From contig OZ024742.1 of the NCBI GenBank assembly GCA_964016885.1, positions 176,762,001 through 176,826,000 on the forward strand: DNA of 64,000 nt, written 5' to 3'. Positions 53,250-64,000 of the stretch are shown piece after piece; the stretch's first letter is position 1; each line of letters opens with the position of its first letter. The position numbers and the translations under genes are program-made. The notes below the pieces were generated by a model. That model searched no databases. It worked only from the letters and a program-made list of their open reading frames with translations, and had not been told where the DNA came from. This DNA is from Eledone cirrhosa. Lineage: Eukaryota.

Positions 53250-54723
53250 ATATGTATTTATTAAAATAACAGATTAAAGTTTAAGCAAAGAATCGCTGCT
53301 TTCACCCTGAAACTGATATATACATATGTATGTATATACGTATCGTACGCACAGGTTTATAAACATATATACATACATATGTATATATATGTGTGTGTGT
53401 GTGTGTATTGCAACACTAAAACATATTGAGGCTTTGTTCTAGCATGGTTTTACAATGGGATATGTACTGATAATCATTTGGAATGCGGGTGTCTCAATGC
53501 AAATGACCATATATATAGTCTATCAAGATAAATAATAGTTGAGAGAATTAGGTGAAGCACCTTTGAAGAGGCCAACATTGGAAAGAGGCGGCTGCAATGT
53601 AACAAATCCAACATCTCTCATATACTGGTCGGGTGCCTTAAACATTGCGGTAAAGACCTGTTGGTTACCAATTCTGTTTTTTCACATTTCAAAGATGTAG
53701 AGTTTGAGAAATAACAGACACACATGTAGAGTTAATAGTACGAGAAAGAATAGAGCTACAGAATAATCGAACAACAGAATAATAGAACGATAGAATAAAA
53801 GAATTTCATTATTTTTGATATGACACATTATTGTAATCTCTTCTTCATATTTGTTCAATATTGAATTATAAGATTGCATTGTATTTTACAAATGATGTTC
53901 TTTTTTGTTTTGACTATTGTACAGAAATCAGTTATCTATCCTCGATAGTTCTATTGTTTCGCTAAACACTTATAGCTCAGTAGTTATGGTATTTGGCTCA
54001 CGATCTTAAAGTTTTGAGTCAAATTACCGGCGCCGCATAGCATTCTTGAGCAAGACACTATATTTCACTTTGAGCCCTGAGGCAAAAAATGAGTTGTATC
54101 CATAATTCAAAGAGCTAGCCTGCCGTGAAACCCACACTGTGCCGTGCTGAATCTCCCTGAAAACTACCTGAGCGGTTAACTTGTCTGTGGAATGATCAGT
54201 CACATGCGCGTTACTTTTACTAAGAAGGAGTTTTATTCATCAAATCAACTGGAACACTCATCATCTAAACAGACGGAGGTCCAACACATTTTCTTCCTTC
54301 ATTGCTGTCATCTGAGAACTAAGACATACTAACACACCCACTCACATACACACATATTACGTGGTTGAAAGAATAAATATAAAAATAGAAATAAAATAAT
54401 CAACAAAAAAATATGATTGAATTAAATAAAAACCCGCGTGGTGCAATGTCTTTGTGTGTGTGTGTGTGTGTGTGTTTTGTGCGTGCGTGCGTGTGTGTGC
54501 GTGAGTGCGTGTGTGTGTGTGCTAGTGTTGGATTCCTCGTTCGTCTTTGAAAGCAGATACACATCTAAGACAGAAAAGAAGAACAAGAACCAACAATACC
54601 ACCTCCAACACCAACAACACCAACAACACCACCACCACCACCAATAATAAGATTAAGAGTAATCATAACAATAACAATGATAATAGCAATAACGGCGGGC
54701 AACAAAAGCAGCAGCAGCAGCAA

Positions 54724-54755
<32 letters not shown>

Positions 54756-54761
54756 GAAGAA

Positions 54762-54796
<35 letters not shown>

Positions 54797-55602
54797 AGAA
54801 GAATGATATTTGCAGCAACAACCACCGACACCAAATTATAAATAACACACACCTTAATTGAATTATCGTAAATGATTTCTAACAAAAGCTAAACAGAACA
54901 AAACAAACAAACAAAAGAAGAAATCAGTCATTTGAAAATCTAAACAATTGTGATATTTTCCAAAATATTTTCGCTCTATTATTATCACATTAATGTTTAA
55001 TGTAACATTTAAAATCAAATTCTCATCTCTATTCCACATTTCATCTTACTGAACTGACCGTAAATTTAAAAGTATTAAAATTACTGAAAACCTTTTCTTT
55101 TGTCAATATTTTAGTTAATAGAAAGTTTCTATTCAAACAATATGTTGGAGTGGTTTCAAAGCATATTTTCCAATTCCACACATTTCTGAAGTCTTTATAA
55201 AACACTTTTAATTATACGAGTTAAATATCACATTACATTAATTTAAGTATATTTCCTTACGTTAATGTAATTCGTTTGAAAGGAACTTTCTGGATCGTAT
55301 TATATTTCATATTGTTTGCATAACAAATAAATTAGAATTATCAGCAACAGTAATTTCATCACTACTGGTTTAATACAGCTGATTAGTAAAGTAATCCGTT
55401 TGTTTTAATTCAGTCTTGCTGACAGTGTTGTTTACTGCTTCATTAGATGGTGAGATCACACACAACTACAAACAAACATGGACATAGTCATAAACACACA
55501 AACACATGTTCACACAGATTTTATACACACATATGCACACATATGTATGTGCGTGTGCCTGTAGACGTAGAATGGGAGAATGTATATATACAAACACAAA
55601 TG

Positions 55603-55657
<55 letters not shown>

Positions 55658-55763
55658 CATTTCAGGTTATCAATAATGTAGTGATAATATATCGTTACGT
55701 TAGAGATGAACAGCGTACGTGCAGGTTAGCTCAACGAGTATAAATTATATTCCAGAGAAAATG

Positions 55764-55980
55764 TAGAAAGGATGAATATAAAATGAAAGTGCTTTTTTTT
55801 TAAATTTATCCAAAATCTCTGAAGAAGTGACAACTGATTATACATTTGCTATCGAATACTTGCTAACATTATATAATTACGCAAGCAGCGATACATAGGT
55901 ATTTCGTCTGTTACAGAAACATATGTCAATACCTAATAAATTCTTTTTTAAAAAAAGCACTTTCATTTTATATTCATCCT

Positions 55981-55985
<5 letters not shown>
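55764..55985 (+). ncRNA. HHR-like motif with 90-nt stem II (55819-55927), bracketed by ~42-bp inverted repeats
   Basis: CTGAAGA a-gtgaca...tgttac-a GAAAC-atat-GTC; stem I pairs poorly. Arms at 55764-55806 and about 55940-55985. Confidence 0.6.
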
Positions 55986-56049
<64 letters not shown>

Positions 56050-56628
56050 GGCGTTATGTGTGTGTGTGAACGCAGCACAATCGAATGATTAAGAAGTTTG
56101 CTTTGAAAATGTTTCGTTCCAGGTTCGATTACATTGTTACTTAGTGCTGTAGTACGAAGGGGAAAGACGGTTAACTCTCAATGGATTTGTAGGGAAGCCA
56201 TTCAAACACAAGACGTATCATGAGTATTTTAATTTGGGCGACTTCATTTATCTCCATATTACATACACTACGTTATGAATATCAAAAGGAAAGAGAAAGA
56301 GGTGTTCGTTAGATTGGACAATGGAAACACTTTTTCCGTTGTTCTTTCCTATTCTGACACTATCTGTCAGTCGGAGGAAGGCAGATTTGAACTTAGAACG
56401 CCATGAATCGGAACTGATACAACAAAGCATCTCGTCTTATTCATTAATAATTTTGACAATCCACCGCCTCGGGATTGGTAATGTGTTAATGGTTCCACAA
56501 GATATATGGACACCTCTCGTGGATCTATATCCACACAAATAAATATAACACTTTGTTAAAACACTGTTCTATATATAACATCTTTATTCACCCGTTAATT
56601 GTATGCTGCAACTATATACATAAGTAAC

Positions 56629-56662
<34 letters not shown>

Positions 56663-56897
56663 ATAATAGGATATGTGTTCCTTCACGCACAAGGCGCTAA
56701 GGGACGCATGTATTGTCCAACCAAATGCCAATGTGGTTCAATGGCAGGTTAATAAATTAACGAGCCAGAACATATATCTTTACTTCGGCCCTTGAAAAAA
56801 TTGATTCCACTTCATTCACTCTCATCTCGGGAACAGTTTTGGATAGCGCTATTTCGTAATTTAAATTCATGAATGTTATATTCTTCGAATGAAAAGA

Positions 56898-56980
56898 ACC
56901 TTCTGACGAGAATCTTTCTTTGCAACGAAGGCCGTATGGTCTCCGTTTATTTTTGGTATTCGAAACCGATCGGTAAAGGT
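56898..56980 (+). ncRNA. Type-I HHR with 52-nt stem II and perfect core
   Basis: acctt CTGACGA gaat-...aacg-aggcc-gtat-ggtct-cgtt...-attc GAAAC-cgatcg-GTA aaggt. Confidence 0.82.
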
Positions 56981-57047
56981 AACCATAGTAGGTAAAGTCA
57001 ATTTTTTTAAATTTACTTTGAAACTTTTTCATTATTTGCTAAACCTT

Positions 57048-57106
<59 letters not shown>

Positions 57107-57882
57107 TAATGTACAGTCACATAAATATCATATGTATATACATATATATAAATAACGCATATATATATATACCTAGGTGAAATCTATATACATAAGCAAC
57201 GTAAATATACATAAATAATGTGTACATACACGAGAAACTGATGGAGTCGTAAGGGTGCCATCATGATAAAAGGTGTACCTCGGACATTTTGAACCTACTG
57301 AACTGATCCCTCTTCATGTCTAATCAGCCTAATTCTCCAGGAAAAAGGAGGACAGATAAGTGAATGGCTGAAAAAAAACGGCATCAACAGGAAAAATGAT
57401 CTCCAGTACTGATACAATGTACATCAAATCTGAAAGAATAAAATACAAGATTGACTTCGGTGATGTTTGAACTCAGAGTACAGTAAGCCGGAATATATAC
57501 TGAGTTGTTTAATCCAATGGCTTTCGGACCCTGCCTATTCACTACTGTCAGTAACCTTGACATCACATGAGAAATAAAACCACCTCACTTCTGTTGGTTA
57601 AGCGGCAAGACTTTGCTATAACACATCCGTTATATTCTACTTTCATATATAAATCGACATATATACCTGAAACGATAGATTTTCTGTTATAATAGTTTTT
57701 AACATAAGCTCATTTGTTCCGAAATATCATTTATTGTAGAAATATAGGAAAGAGGATTATTCCACCTCTGCAATCCGGTGCAGTTTACCTGTTGATCGAT
57801 TGCTTCACTCTAATCTAAGATTTAGAAGTCAGTAAATGAAATATGAATTACTTTGCTATATAGAAACTATACACACCCACAC

Positions 57883-57920
<38 letters not shown>

Positions 57921-58124
57921 TATATATACATATATTTATATATATATGCACATATGTGTATATATATACATATATATAGATATATATGTATATATGTATA
58001 CATGTATATGTAAATATACATATATATATATGCCTATACATAAAGACAGTAATAAAACAATGAATTATTGGAAATATAAGATGTTATCCTAATTTAACAA
58101 CCACGCACATACAGACACACACAT

Positions 58125-58163
<39 letters not shown>

Positions 58164-58212
58164 GAGAGAGAGAGATACATACACTGTCGCATATATTTAT
58201 ATGAATATAAAT

Positions 58213-58256
<44 letters not shown>

Positions 58257-58257
58257 A

Positions 58258-58446
58258 TAATTGTTTCTACTTTAGGCACAAGGCCAGCAATTACCCAGTG
58301 CATTACTGGTACTTTATTTTATCGACCCCGTAAGGATGAAAGGCAAAGTCAACCTCGGCGGGATTTGAACTCAGATCGTAAAGGGACGTAACTATGCTGG
58401 AAAGCATGGCGTCCGACCCTCTACCGATACTGCTAATCCACCGCCT
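58258..58446 (-). mobile_element. SINE S1, full length, close to consensus
   Basis: Match to S1; TATATATAGTAATAAT on both flanks is a possible TSD. Confidence 0.9.
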
Positions 58447-59344
58447 ATATATAGTAATAATGAGTTCTATATATATATATAGTAATAATAAATACAAGAA
58501 ACAAAATCCGAATACTATATATATATATAGTCAGTAACAAAACAAAGAATCATTGGATATAGAAAAAGGTTAAGCTTAATGCAAGAGAAGATTCGTATTA
58601 GATGTCTTATTTTATCGTTATAGAAATATTGTAGTATGTGCATTAATTCACGAGTTCTGTTCTTGTAGAAGTAGGCTGGTTGGTGGCGAGCTTTAAATTA
58701 AGATTCATGGTGTAGATATTTCTATTCTTCCTCTCCCAATAAAGCGGCGAATTAGTACAGTCTTTAAATAGCATCGGATTAAAATTATCCAGGTATTTAT
58801 TCCAGGTCACTGCGCTCTGAGTTCAAACCTACTGATATCAACATTGGTTTCCATTTTTTCCGAAATCGCTGTTTATTTACGTCAAATGATGAAACTTATT
58901 CTTGTTTTCTCTGGAAGAAATCGGATGTTTTCCGGCCTGGTTAAAGAGTGGATTTGTCTGTTTTAACATGCCCACGACACAGGGGTCTGAACTACGCCCT
59001 AAAAATCCAGTTTCAGTTGCTTGCCCTTTATGTTTTACTTCACTATGCCCACAGTCAATATTATGATATTCACACGGGTGGTGGATTGGTAGAATCTGTA
59101 GAACGTTGGCGAAGAGACTTTGCAACAATCAGATATGATTTCAAATCTCCCTGAGGTCAAGGTCGCATTTCATCCTACCACTCTCAATACAATAAAGTGC
59201 CAGTCAGGTAAGGAGGTCGATATAATCGACTTTCCAACCCCCTCCAATTGTTGGCCATGTGCTAAAATTAGAAACCAATATTATGATATTTCCGTCAGAA
59301 TCATTATTATTGACTAGTTATAGATAACACTTTTTTTTCTTTGG

Positions 59345-60164
59345 TCAATAAGTGCTATTTCCTGCTTTCGTGTGCTTTTGTGACTTGGACAGCCACTGAT
59401 TGATGATCCCCAGAATGAATTGTTCCCACCACTTCACTTAGAATTGAACCTTATGAAACATTTTGTCACAGCTCTAGATAAGGAATCGGCAGCCTTGAAG
59501 TACCTTCGAGAATTCTTCCCTAAGATGTCTGAGGCAAAAGTGAAAGCTAGTGTCTTCGTCGCTCCACAAATAAGGAAGGTCATGGTTTGCAAGGAATTCC
59601 CCAAGAAGCTCACTAAGGCAGAGGAGGAAGCGTGGAAAAGCTGAAACTGATGTGGAGCTTGTTGAGACCCTGGTGAATAACGTCGGCAAAATGGGTTGCA
59701 GGAGGTCTCTCAAAGTACATATCCTTGATAAATTGAAGGGTAACATTGGAGCATACTCTGAAGTGCAAGGCGAGCCTTTCCACCAGGATATACTTGACTT
59801 TGAACGTCGCTACCAAGAGTCAGGTAATGAAAATATGATGGGAGACTATATATGGGGATTGATTCGTGAAAGCAATTTCTAGCTTAAGCGTAAATCCCGA
59901 AAACCCAATCACTTTATTTTGTATAATCCTAGAATAAATAAATGCTTCTTTTTGAAACATATGTCATTCTATTCCAAATTTGCTTGAACGAGAATGTTCA
60001 CATTCGTCAGTTGTCCGAATGGGATTAGGTAAATATAGAAATATCATTGTCATGGCCATAAAAGCAAGATTTTAAGGAAATATTAGCCATTTTTCATACT
60101 TTCTAGGCATAAGGAAATAAAAAATAATAGTTGCTACCTAAGGACAAAATCTTGTTACACTGTG
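59345..60164 (+). mobile_element. Decayed Chapaev3-like (CMC) DNA transposon: C-terminal transposase fragment and right end
   Basis: FPPLHLELNLMKHFVTALDK..SEAKVKASVFVAPQIR, MGCRRSLKVHIL and YSEVQGEPFHQDI..ERRYQ..MMGDYIW; the terminus reads CACAGTGTAACAAG on the minus strand. The family assignment is from recalled motifs. Confidence 0.7.
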
Positions 60165-60504
60165 TAATTATCAGTCAATAACACGCTTGAAAATATAACG
60201 TAAAGCATTTGTATAATCTTCTGAGATTTCTCACAATCACCGACCTATTATAATATGTCAATGGATTGAGAGGAACGTTGGAACATGGTCCAAGTGCTTT
60301 GCGTTATATTGTCAGGCATTTTATGTGTTGAAACCAAATTTGAAAATTGCTGCCTCAAATTTCAGTGGCGTCGATAATTTATAGTTGGTTTTGCTGTCGT
60401 AAAAGAAAAGACCAGCCAGGTAATATGTTTGATGATATTGATCATATCGGTCTCACCAAAGCCAGTAATTTGAGTACTGTATGTTTTAGAAATCGTTTAT
60501 TGTT

Positions 60505-60812
60505 CCCTAACACCATTAAAGAAAAATATAAAATGTTTGTAACACCCGATGTATCATAGGACGGAGCTGTATGGGCACTGTCATTGAACATGGCATGTCT
60601 TGGGAACAACATTAAAGAAAAATATAAAAGGTTTGTAAACCCCGATGGAGACACAGGGGCCTCGGCTTGAAATACGATGTATCGCAGGACGGAGTCGTAT
60701 GGGCACTGTCTTTAAACATGACATGTCTTGGAGGCATATGGGTACCGTCTTTTGACATGGCCTTTCATATGACGGAGCCGTATGGGTGCCGTCTTTAAAG
60801 ATGGCTTGTCGT
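60505..60812. repeat. Modular imperfect tandem repeat
   Basis: CATTAAAGAAAAATATAAAA.GTTTGTAA occurs twice and GACGGAG..GTATGGG.ACTGTC.TT.AACATGG three to four times. Confidence 0.7.
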
Positions 60813-61244
60813 AGACTCTATAAACATAATAAATTGTATTGCTTCCCTCCTGAATGATGAGACGAAGAATCGTCTCCAGGGGTGGACTGGTGATTTATTT
60901 ATCGACCTCGAAAGATGTAACAGGAACTTTGACTTCAGTGGGATTTGATCTCAGAGCACAGTGAGTCAGGACAAATGCTGTATTTCTAATAGGACGCGCT
61001 CCTTTCTTTACGAAACTCGCCGCCATTCTAAAGCCATTAGTCTTGTAAATCATTATATGTTTCCCACTAAAACCGTTAGAAAAGCCATAAAACATTGTTG
61101 CGAAATCATTACTGAGAATAATCCTTTCATTGAATTGGATAGCATGCATTGTGATTGTTAAGTTTGACAGCGGGGATATGGGCTCCTATAATAAATATTT
61201 ATTTCAGGACGGAAAGAGACAGCAGTTTTAGATGCTGATGTACA

Positions 61245-61336
<92 letters not shown>

Positions 61337-61484
61337 AAATATCTAATAAATATATATATTATATATATTTTATATATATATATATATGATATATATATAT
61401 ATATATTATATATATATATTATATATGTATATATATTTATAATATATATATATATTATATATATATATATATATAATTTATATA

Positions 61485-61529
<45 letters not shown>

Positions 61530-61545
61530 ATATATATAATATATA

Positions 61546-61580
<35 letters not shown>

Positions 61581-61638
61581 CATATATATATATAATAAAT
61601 ATATATATATGCATATATATAATATATATATTTATTAG

Positions 61639-61691
<53 letters not shown>

Positions 61692-62596
61692 ATGTGTGTC
61701 TGTGTGTGTATGTGTGCACGATTGTATGTATATATTCCCAACAAATGTCATTAGTACGTTGTTGTGGTAAGTGATATATCTTCTCTTAATGATCATGAAT
61801 TAAAAGTGCTTAGCAGTGTATGTTTGTAGTTAGATTACGACTCCCCCCTTCCTCAAGATGTTTTCAATCAACCGGGGGAGAAAGCCTCCAAATTACACGC
61901 AAGAGTATATGCAATTGCGTGATATTTATGCCATTGTATGCATATTAGCATCATAAGGGAATAAAATAGAAAATAATATATATAAAAAATCGTAATGAAA
62001 TTTACCAGTGCTGGAAATTTCACTCAATCCGTAGCTCACATCAATTATTTGTTATTTGAATATCATTTTTCATTTCTGGGGGGAGAAAGTCAATTAGATT
62101 GAAGAACATCGTCCCTATGGATACACATAGATATTTAAAACGGGTCTGAAAATATTTATTTTCAGACGTACACGATGATGATATTACTTAAAAACAAACT
62201 AAATATATCAAAACAATAAATAGGAAAGGAGAGAAAAAAGGAGACAGGCAGTAGGTCACCAATTCATATACTTCTGGCTAGGTGGTATAAATCAGTTCCA
62301 CCTCGTGGTAGAAAGGGCAAAAGCATTGTCATGGAGAACGACTAGGTATACCTGCTGCTCCATCGGGCGCACCCCTTCATACCCTTTTTTCTCAATTGAA
62401 ATCTCTATATTTGGGAAGTTAAACGGACGTCTCGACGGCAAATGACAGGAAAAGCAGTCAGTCATTTTCCGGTACTTAAATATCTTCAACTCCTCAGTGT
62501 TATGGGTGGCAGTGGTGTAGATTTTCATGGAGGTGACAAGGCTGGACCCAGTAAACGAGTCGCACGTACATAATAAATAAGTATTAATTTCCTCTA

Positions 62597-63191
62597 ATCG
62601 ATAAAATAAAGTACCAGTAATGCACTGTGTAATTGCTGGCCTTGTGCCTAACGTAGAAACAATTAATTTCCTCTAATCATGAATAAAATAATTGTTTCTA
62701 CTTTTGGCGCAAGGCCAGCAATTATCCCAATGTATTACTGGTACTTTAATTCCTCGACCCCCATAAGGATGAAAGGCAAAGTTAACCTCGGCGGGATTTG
62801 AACTCAGATCAAGAATAAAATAATTGTTTCTACTTTAGGCACAAGGCCAGCAAATAACCAGTGCATTACTGGTACTTTATTTTATCGACCCCGCAAGGAC
62901 GAAAGGCAAAGACAACATCGGCGGGATTTGAACTCAGATCGTAAAGGGACGTAACTATGCTGGAAAGCATCGCGTCCGACCCTCTATAGACACTTAAAAT
63001 AAGTGTTTCTACTTTTGGCACCAGGCCAGCAATTATCCGAGTGCATTATTGGTACTTTATTCTATCGACCCCGTAAGGATGAAAGGCAAAGTTAACCTCG
63101 GCGGGATTTGAAATCAGATCATAAAGGGAGGTAACTCTATGCTTCAAAGCATGGCGTCCGACCCTCTACCGATACTGCCAATCCACCGCCC
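62597..63191 (-). mobile_element. Cluster of SINE S1 copies: one + fragment (62597-62663) and three head-to-tail - copies (62689-62811, 62821-62990, 63001-63191)
   Basis: Direct sequence matches; truncation decreases along the cluster. Confidence 0.88.
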
Positions 63192-64000
63192 TCAGATACT
63201 TAAAATAATGATTTCTAATTTAGGCACAAGGTCATCAATTTGTTAGAGTGGAATACAGATTATATTGAACCCAGTACTTAAGTTATCCCTGACACGATGC
63301 GATGTCAGAACATAGAGAGCCAGAGCAAATACGAAAACGCATCATATCCAACTTTCATACACTTCCAACCCACCAATCTTAAATGAAATAATAGTTGCAT
63401 TGGAACCACTAGGAATAAATGGCAACTGCTTGAATAAAGAAATGTTGAATTATATTGAGGGTAGTAACTGTAAATCACTTTAGCTACAATACATGGTTGT
63501 GCTAGTGATAAAATTATAACCTTGACATTTTATCTACATTTTATGTATCTACTATCGACGAGGTCGTATCTCATTGAATTTCTATCTGGTTTTATAAGAT
63601 TGAGAGAACAGGGCAGCGTCCCTGCACACATGAGAATTTCCTAGACTAGTGAAGTTTATGTGGTTGATGTTCCGCTTTAATATTTATATAGCAATCACAG
63701 CGTAGAAAACATTGCTGGCAGAAAATATAAACCGGCTACAATCTGGAGAGAAAAGAATGGGAGGATATTTTAAAGGTAGAAATTAGATGATAGTTAGTAA
63801 CGATGGTGAGCAGAAGAGAGAAGAGAGAAAATGTGGTACTAATGGAGACTGGCATTTCACTGTGTTAGTGGAGGCATCAGGAGTTCTATTTTAACCATAA
63901 AATCTCGAGTTTGATCCCACTGATCCCACTGTATGACATCTTGTACAAGTGGCATTTACAACATCTTCGGAACAAGCCAAATGTTATGAATAAAATGGGG

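Noticed and set aside
62292-62528. 78-aa GC-richer ORF
   Set aside because: No recognisable domain or splice context; possibly old transposon debris.

Overview
AT-rich, repeat-dominated eukaryotic DNA. The SINE repertoire and the dense (TA)n/(CA)n microsatellites suggest a coleoid cephalopod such as Octopus (inference). No host protein-coding exon is recognisable, and most short ORFs are microsatellite artefacts. The window holds a decayed, near full-length CR1/L2-group LINE, a Rep-only Helitron, four Penelope-like element (PLE) bodies, an RTE LINE fragment, a Chapaev3-like transposase fragment, MITEs and more than 15 tRNA-derived SINE copies. The main hidden layer is a dense set of type-I hammerhead ribozyme (HHR) motifs: about 16 copies from about 8 unrelated sequence families. 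They include (i) HHRs whose stem II is expanded into a 50-92 nt hairpin, (ii) core variants (CAGAAGA; UUGAAAA), and (iii) two ORF-less tandem arrays of a ~420-bp unit carrying one HHR per unit, i.e. retrozyme-like. All folds were derived by eye; none has been computed or assayed.
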